Positions 1 through 10,300 of a stretch of 60,357 bases of DNA are shown here, piece after piece. How positions within the stretch are numbered: the stretch's first letter is position 1; each line of letters begins with the position of its first letter. Below the pieces are notes generated by a model. It ran no database searches. It saw only the letters and a list, made by a program, of their open reading frames with translations, and was not told the origin of the DNA. The position numbers and the translations under genes were made by a program. This DNA comes from Bacteroidales bacterium. GTDB taxonomy: Bacteria > Bacteroidota > Bacteroidia > Bacteroidales > UBA7960. The stretch lies in the NCBI GenBank assembly GCA_003559735.1, contig PWKN01000169.1, positions 1-60,357 of the forward strand, read 5' to 3'.

Positions 1-674
1 AGGTCGGCCAGAACCTGTCTTACCTCCAAACCTGTGGTGAACTCGATCAGATTGAATGCATGCACGCCTATATCGCCCATACAGCTGCTTACCCCTGCAT
101 GTTCGGGTTCGAGGCGCCAGATCCCCGTTATACGGCTGCCTGCACCGTGAATGATGGCGTTGATCCATCCCTGGTAGTATTGTGCATCAATGCGTTGTAT
201 GGTGCCCAACACTCCATCTGCAATGAGTGCCCGCATTTGTCGAACCATTGGGTATCCGGTATAGGTGTGTGTAAGTGAAAAGGTCATTTGTTTTGCGGCG
301 ACTGTCTTTTCAAGGTCAAGTGCTTCTTCGACCGTCATGGTCATGGGTTTCTCACATACGATGTGAAAATTATTGTCAAGCAGCTTCTTTGCGAACTGAT
401 AATGCAGGGCATTGGGCGTGACAATGGCCACCACCTCCATTCGTTCGTTATCCGGAAGCTTTAACTCCGTTTCAATAAGCTTGTCAACGGTCTCATAGCA
501 GCGGTCAAGGTCAAGGCCTTCCTGAGTGGCAAATTCCCTGCTTTTTTCATAGTCGGCATCAAAAACCCCTCCTACAAGTTCATAATCATTGCATATTCTC
601 GAAGCACGACGATGGGCATCACCGATAAATGCACCAAGTCCACCTCCAATCATTCCCAAACGTAATTTTTTCAT
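1..674 (-). CDS. Gfo/Idh/MocA family oxidoreductase (cytoplasmic), 3' end runs off the window
   Basis: Not in the ORF track; translated by hand from the ATG at 674: MKKLRLGMIGGGLGAFIGDAHRRA...IVTPNALHY...HIVCEKPMT...YTGYPMVRQ...MGDIGVHAF. Rossmann Gly-rich motif, EKP motif and DxGxH motif are present. Confidence 0.88.
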   Translation of the reverse strand, partial: MKKLRLGMIGGGLGAFIGDAHRRASRICNDYELVGGVFDADYEKSREFATQEGLDLDRCYETVDKLIETELKLPDNERMEVVAIVTPNALHYQFAKKLLDNNFHIVCEKPMTMTVEEALDLEKTVAAKQMTFSLTHTYTGYPMVRQMRALIADGVLGTIQRIDAQYYQGWINAIIHGAGSRITGIWRLEPEHAGVSSCMGDIGVHAFNLIEFTTGLEVRQVLAD

Positions 675-770
675 AACATTTCGTTTTTTTCTGGTTTATA
701 CATCAATTGACCTTCTCAGGCACTTATTATATATGTGTCGCACATGGCATAATCCGAACGGTTAGTGATC

Positions 771-800
771 CATAAGCCGGAAGCATTTGCCCGGGTTATG
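771..800 (-). terminator. Imperfect stem-loop just downstream of the GH2 stop
   Basis: CATAAGCCGG...CCGGGTTATG inverted repeat (9/10 pairs), no U-tract; may be a stabilising hairpin rather than a terminator. Confidence 0.3.
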
Positions 801-802
801 GT

Positions 803-2626
803 TTACTGCCTGTTTTGCTCAAAAAACCGTGATATACCCATGTTGATATCCCTTAGCTTTTCTTTGTCCATCTTGATCACTTTGCGGTCGTAAGTCATGA
901 TTCCGTTTACTTCGATCTCCACATCGGTTGTTTGTGTGTAGACAGCACCTGAAAAACCTGTCCTGATCATTTTCTTAAGCTCATTTGCATATTCAATATA
1001 TTGACGGGTCACTTCTTCAGGGGATGAAAACCTGATGTAGCCCCAGTTGCGGTCGGGCTCCCACAGGTGGCCTTCGAGTGCCAGTCCGATCCCCCCATAC
1101 TCGCCCTGCACCATAACCCGTTGTCCGTCAAAAAGAAACATATTCGGCTCGGGGTAGTTGTGCAGTGACATGATATCACCTGCCTGCAGATGGTTGCCGC
1201 CACTTGCCGGCAGCACAAGACGGGATGGGTCGTACGATTTTGTCCAGTCAGTGATCTCAGCAGTTTTGAACTGGCCCCAGGCTTCATTAAACGGGACCCA
1301 AACCACCACAGACGGATGTGAATAGAGAAGATCCATCACCGCTTTCCACTCGTTCCGGAAGATGGCTTCTGATTCCGGACTGCGTGACAGTTCCGTTCCG
1401 TCGAAAAACTCTGTTCGCTGCCATACGGGTGTGGCATCACCGTTGGGCATGTCCTGCCATACAAGGATACCTATCCTGTCGCAATGTGCATACCACCTTG
1501 CGGGTTCAACCTTCACATGCTTTCTGATCATATTGTATCCGAGGTCTTTGGTAACCTGGATGTCGTACTTCAGCGCCTCATCTGTCGGCGCAGTGTACAG
1601 TCCGTCAGGCCACCATCCCTGGTCGAGCAATCCGAAATGAAAAATGTCCCGGTTGTTTAACTGCAACCTCATGATGCCCTGTTCATCCCGTTTTGCAGAG
1701 ATCTTGCGCATGGCAAAATAGCTGTTGATCTCATCCATTATCTCACCATCTCTCAGCAGCATCACTGTCATGTCATACAAATGGGGTGATTCCGGACACC
1801 ATAATTCAGGGTTTTCGATGAATATTTCCACCGGTTCGGCCACTGATGAGCGGCTTGATGCAATAACCTGATCTTCAGACCATACATTGACTGCGATCAC
1901 ATCACCATATGCTTTGCCTGTTACTGAAGCCTTTACCGTTACCCTGCTGCGGTCAATATCGGGAACTGTTTTCAGATGTGAGATGTGCGCGGGTGCGACT
2001 GGCTCGAGCCAAACGGTTTGCCATATCCCTGTAACAGATGTGTACCAAATGCTTCCGGGATTTTTCACTTGTTTTCCGCGGGGTTGCGGACCCTGGTCTG
2101 TGGGGTCCCACACCTTAACGGTTAATGATTGCTGTCCGGATGGGTTTAAGAATGGCGTGATATCAAAACAAAATGGGGTATATCCTCCCCGGTGGGTGCC
2201 AATTTTGATGTCGTTGACCCATACATCGGTCTCCCAGTCAACAGCCCCGAAATGGAGGATGATGTTTCTGCCTGACCAGTCTGGCGGAACAGTAAACTCC
2301 CGGTAATACCAGAGGTTTTTTGTTTCGCCCACTTCCTTCTTTACACCGCTGAGACTTGACTCCACTGGAAACGGAACAAGTATTTGTCCGTCGTACCTCT
2401 CTGGCACAGACTGGCCAAGGTCTGTTATGGCATATTCCCACAGTCCGTTCAGGTTCTTCCATTCGGCGCGTTCGATCAATGGCCTGGGATATTCTCCCAG
2501 CACATTGTCCGGATCAACCTGGTCTGCCCATACGGTACGTATCCTGTCACCGGCCGGTTGCCACTGGGCAAGGCAAAAAAACGGGATTATGCTGAATAGT
2601 GCTGCAAAAAAGAATGATTTTTTCAT
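803..2626 (-). CDS. Glycoside hydrolase family 2 (secreted, about 600 aa, beta-galactosidase/galactofuranosidase-like)
   Basis: Signal peptide; GH2 motifs LHFGAVDW, HRGGYTPF, TGIWQTVWLE, RKHVKVEP, WVPFNEAWGQ (acid/base), GEYGG (nucleophile). Confidence 0.9.
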   Translation of the reverse strand: MKKSFFFAALFSIIPFFCLAQWQPAGDRIRTVWADQVDPDNVLGEYPRPLIERAEWKNLNGLWEYAITDLGQSVPERYDGQILVPFPVESSLSGVKKEVGETKNLWYYREFTVPPDWSGRNIILHFGAVDWETDVWVNDIKIGTHRGGYTPFCFDITPFLNPSGQQSLTVKVWDPTDQGPQPRGKQVKNPGSIWYTSVTGIWQTVWLEPVAPAHISHLKTVPDIDRSRVTVKASVTGKAYGDVIAVNVWSEDQVIASSRSSVAEPVEIFIENPELWCPESPHLYDMTVMLLRDGEIMDEINSYFAMRKISAKRDEQGIMRLQLNNRDIFHFGLLDQGWWPDGLYTAPTDEALKYDIQVTKDLGYNMIRKHVKVEPARWYAHCDRIGILVWQDMPNGDATPVWQRTEFFDGTELSRSPESEAIFRNEWKAVMDLLYSHPSVVVWVPFNEAWGQFKTAEITDWTKSYDPSRLVLPASGGNHLQAGDIMSLHNYPEPNMFLFDGQRVMVQGEYGGIGLALEGHLWEPDRNWGYIRFSSPEEVTRQYIEYANELKKMIRTGFSGAVYTQTTDVEIEVNGIMTYDRKVIKMDKEKLRDINMGISRFFEQNRQ

Positions 2627-2754
2627 TGTTGGATAATTTTGTTGTTGCCGGTAAATCTCCCGGAATACCCGTATTTGTTGTCCTTTATTTTTGAGAGGTA
2701 TCGTTGCTTTTTTCAGGGGCCAATATACTCATTTTAAACATAGGTTTTGCCGGT

Positions 2755-2818
2755 CAAAAGTAGAGATTCATATAATTCCAGGCAATGGATTATTTGGGGA
2801 TTTGCTATAACAATTTGG
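2755..2818 (-). promoter_or_regulatory. Bacteroidota sigma-A promoter of the GH2 gene with an upstream conserved box
   Basis: -7 box TACTTTTG (2755-2762, minus); + strand ATTCCAGGCAATGGATTATTTGG and a second ATTTGG 21 bp further; same layout upstream of the transaldolase. Confidence 0.55.
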
Positions 2819-2949
2819 TCTCTTTTATGAAAACAGGGTGAGGAAAAACGTCCCGCGAAAAGATTTTTTTTAAATATCTTTACACGTCAAAAAAAATGAC
2901 CCTTAAAAGTCTGGTTCATTTAACACAGAAGTAAAAATTAAACTACAAC

Positions 2950-4272
2950 ATGGGTAATCGGTTCTTCTTATACAAAAGCGCTATTGTAGCGTCACTGGCA
3001 GGTTTTTTATTTGGCTTTGACACGGTTGTGATATCCGGTGCGGAGCAGTCCATCCAATCATTATGGGGACTAAGCAGCACCCTGCATGGGCTGGCCATCA
3101 GCATGGCCCTGTGGGGTACAGTTGCGGGTGCAATGATCGGGGGGTGGCCTGCCCAGCACCTGGGTCGCAAAAAAACGCTGTTGTGGATTGGGGTGCTGTA
3201 TCTTGTATCTGCCATCGGGTCGGCGCTGGCCCCTGAGGTGATCTCTTTCATGGTTTCCCGTTTTATAGGCGGACTGGGTGTGGGGATATCGACCGTGGCT
3301 GCACCCATGTTCATCTCGGAAATAGCGCCTCCAAAATACCGTGGCCGGCTAACCGGGATGTTTCAGTTTAACATTGTGTTTGGGATCCTGGTGGCCTATT
3401 TCTCCAACTCACTGCTTGGGGGTTTTGGGGAACACGCATGGCGGTGGATGCTTGGTGTCGAGGCAATTCCTGCGCTTATCTTTGCGCTGTCGTGCATTGG
3501 CCTGCCCGAGAGTCCGCGATGGCTGATCATATACAAAAAAGACCGTGAACGTGGATTGGAAGTATTGAGAAAGACAAACAGCGATCTTTCCACAAATGAG
3601 CTGAACAGACTGGTTGGTGATATTGAAGCCACCGGGAAAGAGAAGAAGCAGGCCACGGCATTTTTTGGCAGGCATTTGCTCAAACCCATCATGCTTGCGT
3701 TTTTTATTGCTTTTTTTAATCAGCTTTCAGGCATAAACGCCGTTCTCTATTTTGCGCCCCGGATCTTTCAGATGACCGGACTGGAAGCCCAGGCGGCTTT
3801 ATTGCAATCGGTAGGCATAGGGATAACCAACCTGGTATTTACGTTTGTCGGACTGTGGCTGATTGACAAACTGGGCCGCCGTATCCTTTTGTTTGTCGGC
3901 TCCTTTGGGTATATTGCCTCACTTGGACTGACAGCATGGGCATTTTCTTCAGGCAACACAGGTATCGTGCCATTGACCATCTTCGCATTTATTGCTGCCC
4001 ATGCCGTCGGACAGGGGGCTGTGATCTGGGTCTTTATCAGTGAAATATTCCCTAACAGACAAAGGGCTTACGGACAGGCGTTTGGGAGCTTTACGCACTG
4101 GTTTTTTGCCGCCTCACTCACTTTGGTGTTCCCTTTGATGGCAGAAGCGATGAAGCCCCAGCATATTTTCGGGATTTTCTGTGCAATGATGGTGTTGCAG
4201 CTTATATGGGTTAAGTTGTTTGTTCCTGAAACAAAAGGCATTTCACTGGAGGAGCTGGAAGAACGAATGTAA
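2950..4272 (+). CDS. Sugar porter family MFS transporter (XylE/GalP-like)
   Basis: GFLFGFDTVVISG, GRKK, EIAPPKYRG, PESPRWL, QLSGINAVLYF, DKLGRR and PETKG motifs; about 12 hydrophobic segments. Confidence 0.95.
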   Translation: MGNRFFLYKSAIVASLAGFLFGFDTVVISGAEQSIQSLWGLSSTLHGLAISMALWGTVAGAMIGGWPAQHLGRKKTLLWIGVLYLVSAIGSALAPEVISFMVSRFIGGLGVGISTVAAPMFISEIAPPKYRGRLTGMFQFNIVFGILVAYFSNSLLGGFGEHAWRWMLGVEAIPALIFALSCIGLPESPRWLIIYKKDRERGLEVLRKTNSDLSTNELNRLVGDIEATGKEKKQATAFFGRHLLKPIMLAFFIAFFNQLSGINAVLYFAPRIFQMTGLEAQAALLQSVGIGITNLVFTFVGLWLIDKLGRRILLFVGSFGYIASLGLTAWAFSSGNTGIVPLTIFAFIAAHAVGQGAVIWVFISEIFPNRQRAYGQAFGSFTHWFFAASLTLVFPLMAEAMKPQHIFGIFCAMMVLQLIWVKLFVPETKGISLEELEERM

Positions 4273-4317
4273 GTTGCAAACCAGGCATTTGCATGTAAAA
4301 TGAAGGCAAATTATCGT

Positions 4318-4325
4318 TATATTTG
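4318..4325 (+). promoter_or_regulatory. -7 promoter box TATATTTG for the Tat oxidoreductase
   Basis: Exact TAnnTTTG about 100 nt upstream of ATG 4422; two short hairpins follow in the leader. Confidence 0.55.
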
Positions 4326-4421
4326 CAGGTTCCGTTTTTATGGATAAAGAGTCCCGCGAAAACGCGGATTTTCCCTTTCGGGGAAATACTAAATGTCGGT
4401 AGTCATATTAACACAAAAAAA

Positions 4422-5789
4422 ATGAGTCATAAAACAAAACAGAAAACAAGGCGTGAATTCTTTGGTGATGCTGCTGCCATGGGTGTGATGGGCGCCATGG
4501 GTGCCGGTTATCTGCTTTCATCATGCAGCAGTGACAGAAAAAATGTTCCTGCCCCGGTATTTTTTAATACTGCACCTGATGGTCCGCTGCTTAAAGCCGG
4601 ACTGATCGGTTGTGGTGAAAGGGGCACCGGTGCCGCGGTAAATTTTATTGATGCGGGTCCCAATCTGCAGATAACCGCGTTGGGGGATGTGTTTCAGAGC
4701 CGCATTGATAATTGCAGGGCACAGCTTAAACGTGCCAGGGACGTTGACATTCCCGACGAACATTGTTTCGTTGGTTTCGATGCCTATAAGAAAGTGATTG
4801 ACTCGGATGTGGATGTGATATTGCAGGTTACCCCCCAGCATTTTCGTCCCCTGCATTTTGATGCAGCCGTTCGGGCACGTAAGCATGTATTTGTGGAGAA
4901 GCCGGCCGCTGTTGATCCTGTGGGTGTCAGAACGGTTATGGCTGCAGGGAGAATGGCTGAAGCAGCCGGACTGAAGGTTGTTGCCGGTACAAACTTCAGG
5001 CACCAGCGCGATTATCTGACAACCAACCATATGGTACAAAGCGGGGCCATTGGCGACATTATTTCCGCAAGTGCATACGATGTCAGGGGAAAGATCTGGC
5101 ACGTAAACAGGCAGCCGGGGTGGAGTGATATGCATGCCATGCTTATGGACTGGATGAACTGGAACTGGCTCTCTGGTGGCGACAACGTTGATATTGCCGT
5201 GCACCAGATCGATATGGTCAGCCTGTTCTTTGGGAAACACCCTGTAAAAGCTTTTGGTTTTGGTGGAAGGCACCGCAGACATACGGGTAATCTTTATGAC
5301 TTTTACAGTGTTGAATATACATTTGATGACGGAAGGCTGTTTAACTGCTGGACCAGGTGTATTGACGGGTGCGACAACCGGCATGGGTTCATGATTTACG
5401 GAACGAAGGGATATACAAACTGTCAGAACAAGATCTGGGACAACAACAACAACCTGATCTGGGAATACGATTATCCGCCCGATGAAGAAGGGCGGCCGAC
5501 AAACCGGGTGGCCATTTCTTCATATGATGAAGAGCACATCAACTTTGTAACCGCCATACGAAAAGACACCCCTATGAACCAGGCAAATGACCTTGCGGCT
5601 GCAACACTGTGCGGGGTGATGGGCCGGGAGTCGGCCATCACCGGCAAAGTGGTTACCTGGGATGAGATGATGACATCCAGCCAGCGGCTGGGTCCGCAGG
5701 AATATGTCATGGGCCCCTTTGTGGGCAGTGATACCGGTATTCCGGTTCCAGGTGTTGCCCCGAATATTGAAGGGGTGCGTATCTTATAG
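4422..5789 (+). CDS. Tat-exported (lipo)protein, Gfo/Idh/MocA family oxidoreductase
   Basis: Start moved to ATG 4422 (MSHKTKQKTRREFF, twin-arginine; LSSC lipobox-like); GLIGCGERGTGA, HVFVEKP, DIAVHQID. Confidence 0.88.
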   Translation: MSHKTKQKTRREFFGDAAAMGVMGAMGAGYLLSSCSSDRKNVPAPVFFNTAPDGPLLKAGLIGCGERGTGAAVNFIDAGPNLQITALGDVFQSRIDNCRAQLKRARDVDIPDEHCFVGFDAYKKVIDSDVDVILQVTPQHFRPLHFDAAVRARKHVFVEKPAAVDPVGVRTVMAAGRMAEAAGLKVVAGTNFRHQRDYLTTNHMVQSGAIGDIISASAYDVRGKIWHVNRQPGWSDMHAMLMDWMNWNWLSGGDNVDIAVHQIDMVSLFFGKHPVKAFGFGGRHRRHTGNLYDFYSVEYTFDDGRLFNCWTRCIDGCDNRHGFMIYGTKGYTNCQNKIWDNNNNLIWEYDYPPDEEGRPTNRVAISSYDEEHINFVTAIRKDTPMNQANDLAAATLCGVMGRESAITGKVVTWDEMMTSSQRLGPQEYVMGPFVGSDTGIPVPGVAPNIEGVRIL

Positions 5790-5852
5790 ACTCCCTGGAA
5801 GTGTATTGGCTGCCGTGCCGGGAAGCCCATCATGCCTGTGAACAGGAGCGCC

Positions 5853-5890
5853 ACAGGAACGCTTTGAAGCAACAGGAATACTTTGAAGCA
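5853..5890. repeat. Two-copy 19-bp tandem repeat between convergent genes
   Basis: ACAGGAACGCTTTGAAGCA / ACAGGAATACTTTGAAGCA (17/19 identical). Confidence 0.6.
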
Positions 5891-5930
5891 AGACGAAGAC
5901 AACACGGCAAAGATCAAATGCGCATAAGCG

Positions 5931-7169
5931 CTATTGGATCAGCTTCCTGATCCTGTTGTCGAGCGCTTCCTGGTCTTCCGAAAAACTTGCGAGTCCCGCC
6001 GCATTGAGCAGTGCATCGACAGAAACAATCTTTGCTGCGATCCGTTTTGACCAATTTTTGTGAACGGGGATTTTTCCGTCACTGGCAATTTGCTTTTTGT
6101 CATCCTCTGAAAAGACCGGGAAAAGGTCAGTGATGCCTGCATCAAGCGCACGGCTCATAAACTCCTCGGCGGTTGCAGGAGGATCATTGTCAATGCTGTG
6201 TGCAAAATTATGTTCTGTTTCGCTGTACTGCCAGAGTTTTTCTATCCCAAGTCCGCCAACCGCATTGTCTCCGTTTAAATGGATGGCATAATCCTTGTCT
6301 CTGTTGCTGGTAAAAACAGGCGCCATTTCTGAAACAGCCTTTTTGGCTACCGCGGTGGGGATGGTAAACACATCCACGCCGGCCAGACTCCCTACCTGGG
6401 ATGCATCACGCATGCTCGCCGCAATCTGCTTTGTGGGTTCCGGGTTTTGCTTTGAATATTCTGTCACTACACGCTGGCTGGCGAGGGTGGATTTCTCACC
6501 AACCATCCTGCCATCGCCCAGCCCATTGTTCTCTACATAGGCATTTTGCCTGCCAAGGAACACATTTACATAAGAAGGTTTTGAGAATATTGCCGCAATC
6601 AGGTTATGCCGGGCACTGAAGTTAAGGGTGAAGTTGACGGGAATACCCTTTTCCCTGATTTTGCGGCATGCAATATAGCCCGCCGGGGTCAGGGGGATCT
6701 TAATAATGAAGTGTGTCGGACAAATGTCATAGAACCTTTCTGCATACCAGACCGAACGATCTATGTCATTTGCCATATCTGTGTGAAGCTCGACACTCAC
6801 TTTTCCGCCAAATCGTTCAACCAGCTTCAACCCGTGTTTTGCATTCAGGATAAAGGCAATTTCAATGATCCTCTGGTCTGCATCCATATCACTGAGCAAA
6901 TGGTTGGCATCAACGATCAGCTGGTCGTAAATCCCTTTTTGTATCTCTTTGTTGAGCAAGGTGTTATTTGTTGTAAGGGCCGTCATTTCAGCGCACCACA
7001 ATGATGATGCCTCATCCATATCACCTGTGTCGAGCCATATTTCCGTACCTGTTTTTCTTAACTCGTTCCAGAAGGGATTGGATGCTGGTTTTTGCGGCAT
7101 GCCGGTTTTGATTCCGTCCTTAATGAATCCAGCGATCAACTCAATTTGTTTCTTGTCCATATACGCCAT
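5931..7169 (-). CDS. Transaldolase family protein with C-terminal extension
   Basis: IWLDTGD, LTTNNTLL, VSVEL, IIKIPLTPAG (Schiff-base Lys), VNFTLNFS, FLGR, AASMR. Start probably ATG 7169 because a -7 box lies at 7224-7231. Confidence 0.85.
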   Translation of the reverse strand: MAYMDKKQIELIAGFIKDGIKTGMPQKPASNPFWNELRKTGTEIWLDTGDMDEASSLWCAEMTALTTNNTLLNKEIQKGIYDQLIVDANHLLSDMDADQRIIEIAFILNAKHGLKLVERFGGKVSVELHTDMANDIDRSVWYAERFYDICPTHFIIKIPLTPAGYIACRKIREKGIPVNFTLNFSARHNLIAAIFSKPSYVNVFLGRQNAYVENNGLGDGRMVGEKSTLASQRVVTEYSKQNPEPTKQIAASMRDASQVGSLAGVDVFTIPTAVAKKAVSEMAPVFTSNRDKDYAIHLNGDNAVGGLGIEKLWQYSETEHNFAHSIDNDPPATAEEFMSRALDAGITDLFPVFSEDDKKQIASDGKIPVHKNWSKRIAAKIVSVDALLNAAGLASFSEDQEALDNRIRKLIQ

Positions 7170-7223
7170 ATTTGTGGGTTTTTTGGGTTTGTCAGACACG
7201 CGGCTGACCCCCCTGTTGTGCTG

Positions 7224-7287
7224 CAAAAGTATACGAAAAAATGATTCCTGCCAATGGATGATTTGGCTTTTTTTTATGCATTATTGG
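7224..7287 (-). promoter_or_regulatory. Promoter of the transaldolase gene with conserved upstream box
   Basis: -7 TACTTTTG (7224-7231, minus); ATTCCTGCCAATGGATGATTTGG at the same offset as in the GH2 promoter. Confidence 0.55.
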
Positions 7288-7301
7288 GAATCGTTCTATG
7301 C

Positions 7302-10300
7302 TTAGTTCTCTTTAAACCCCGGAGAGACCGGCGACGGATCCTTTGTTTTTTCTCTCTGAAATTCGGTGGGTGTCTTCCCAAAGGTTTTACGGAAGCAGCG
7401 GTTGAAGTATGATATGTTGTTGAACCCAACCATATAGGCTATTTCCGACACGTTGTATCCTTCGTCATAGAGATATGTGGCGGCTTTTTTGAGCCGGATC
7501 ATCCTGATAAATTCCGTACATGACTGGTTTGTCAACGCTTTGAGCTTAACGTGCAACCGGCTTCTGCTCATGGCAATTTCACGGCAAAAATCCTCAATGG
7601 AAAAATCGTAGTTGTCTATGTTTTTCTCTACAATGTTGTTGGCCTTTGCCAAAAAGTCTTTGTCAATTGAATTGTTTCCGAGCTTTTCAATGTCAAGCCG
7701 GGGGTCCATCATAAACTTGCTGATCAGGGCCATTCTGTTTTTCAGGATGGAACGGATCTTTACTTCAAGAAGCCCCATATTGAATGGTTTGGTAATATAA
7801 TCATCGGCACCCGATTCGAATCCGTCGATCTGGTTTTCCAGCGAATTCAGGACCGTGATCAAAATGACGGGGATATGACATGTTTCAATGTTCGATTTAA
7901 TCCTGCGACATAGTTCAATCCCCGACATTTCCGGCATCATGATGTCGGAAATGATCAGGTTGGGAAAAACAGTGCCTGCCAGCTTGAGTGCTTCCTCTCC
8001 GTTTTTTGCTTCATACACTTCATACTCATCTTCCAGGTTGTCCAGGATAAAATCCTTGAGTTCAGCATTGTCTTCTGCCAGAAGAATTTTGGATCCTGTT
8101 GGTCCGGACTCTTTTTTCTGACCGGCAATTATTGGTTCATTATATTGGCTTATATGTTTGGAAATGAGTTTGTCATAATTTCTCCTCGGATTGATGTTGA
8201 CGAAATCCTCGTTTTTAAAGTGTTTGTGACCCAAGGGGATATAGATGGTAAAGGTGCTGCCCTTCTGAATGGTGCTTTCTGCCCGGATGATCCCTTTGTG
8301 CAGCTCAATGAACTCCCTGGCAATGGAAAGACCAATGCCTGAACTCGCACGGTTTGCTTTAGAGTGGTCTTTACCCTGGTAAAACCTGGTGAATATCCTG
8401 GAAAGTTCATCAGGGGCAATGCCACTGCCAGTGTCAGCTACAGAGATCTTTACATACTCGTCACACATCAGTTGTTTGTTGTTGCCGCCTGGAATAGCTC
8501 CCTTTTGAATCCTGTCGATCGTAATTGTGATCGAACCTGCGTCAGGGGTAAACTTAAAGGCATTGCCAAGAAGGTTGAATATTGTCTTTTCGATCTTGTC
8601 CTGGTCAATCCACACCTCGACCTTGTCAATGGCAGATTCCAGACGGTAATCGATGCAGTGGTTGACTGCATATTCCGAATAGTTCTCAGACACCTCCCTG
8701 ACAAGGTACACGATGTCGTATTTGCTGACCTGGAGGTTTATTATGCCTGAGTCAATTTTTTGAATATCCATGATTTGACTGATCAGCCTGGATAACCTCC
8801 CGGTGTTTCTGTAGACTACCTTCAGCGTTTTATGGAACAGCTCTGTGTTGTTGCGGTATTCCGGACTGTTAATCAGTCTTTCGATGGGGGAGAGGATCAA
8901 TGTCAGTGGCGTTTTGAACTCGTGGGCGACATTGGTAAAGAATTGAAACTTTGATTGGTTGAGTGCAATAATTTTCTCCTTTTCCAGCCGTTCAATCTGC
9001 AGGCTGTGCTTATACGCTGTTTTTGAATAAAAATAATTCCACAGAAAATAGATCAGTGCGGCCACCAAAAGGGTGTAAAGCGTGTAGGCAAACCTGGTTT
9101 TCCAGAACACGGGTAGAACCTGTATGACGATCGGGTCACTATAGCTTACGGCATCGTTGTTGTGTTTTACTTTGGTTACGAATTCGTATTTTCCCGGGGG
9201 GATGTTCGTATAGTTGGCATTGGTCTTGTCTCCAATATGAATCCACTGACTGTCAAAGCCCTTTAGTTTGTATGCATACAGGTCCTTTTCCGGACTTGTA
9301 TAATTCAGGGCGCTGAAGCTGAAGCCGAAAAATGACTGATTATGGTTTAGTTTCAGGTAGCTTGTTTTCCTTATGGGTTTCTTCAGTGGCGACTCTTCGG
9401 TGTCTATGGTTGCTGGCAGGTTGTTTACATAAAACTCTTCGATGATCACCGGATGGTTGGCTTCCGATATATGGTAATCGGCCGGATCAAACGTGATCAG
9501 TCCCCTGTTTCCCCCAAAGAACAATTCACCGTTTTTGTTTTTGTGAGATGCACCCTTGTGGAACTCAATAACATGGAGTCCGTCATTGAGGTCAAAATTG
9601 ATAAAGCTTCTGCTCCCGGGATCCATTCTTGACAGTCCGTTGTTGGTACTGATCCAGATATATCCTTCAGAGTCTTCCTGTATTCCGTTGATTGTATTAT
9701 TGGGCAATCCGTCGGTTGTTGTGAAGACATCAAAGCATCCTGCTGATGGGTTATAGAGATTCAAACCCATGGCAGTACCTACCCATATCCTGTTTTCCTT
9801 GTCTTCCAGGATGGCAAATACGGAGTTGTCGGAAAGGCCGTTTTGTGATTCGGAATATAAAAAATGTTGTATGATGCCTGTTGACGGATCCAGTTTGTTC
9901 AGTCCGTAATAGCTGCCGATCCAAAGTTTGCCTTTGCTGTCTTCCATTATAACTGTGGGGAAAACGCTGGTCAGGGCATAAGGCAAAGAGGAGTTGGTGT
10001 TATTATAAACTGTAAACGAATCATCCTGCCCGTTGTAAAGGTTCAGGCCGTTATTGGTAGCGATCCATATGTTGTCAGAGGAGTCCTGGTAAACATGGTT
10101 GATGATATTGCTGCTGATGGAAGTGCTGTCGGCGGCGTCGTTTAAGTAGGTTTTGTGTGTTTCACTGGCAGGATCATACCTTGTTAGTCCGCCGAGGTAG
10201 GTTCCGATCCAAAGGACACCGTCGTTGTCAAATGTTAAAGTGTTGATTGCATCCGACCGGATACCAATAACATCACTGTTTGGCAAGATATATGAGAAGC

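Noticed and set aside
2886-2900. GTCA-A7-TGAC palindrome as a second NrtR site
   Set aside because: Spacing is GT-N11-AC rather than GT-N7-AC, and the arms are only 4 bp.
5841-5890. 19-bp tandem repeat as a CRISPR remnant
   Set aside because: Two abutting copies, no spacers, no cas genes.
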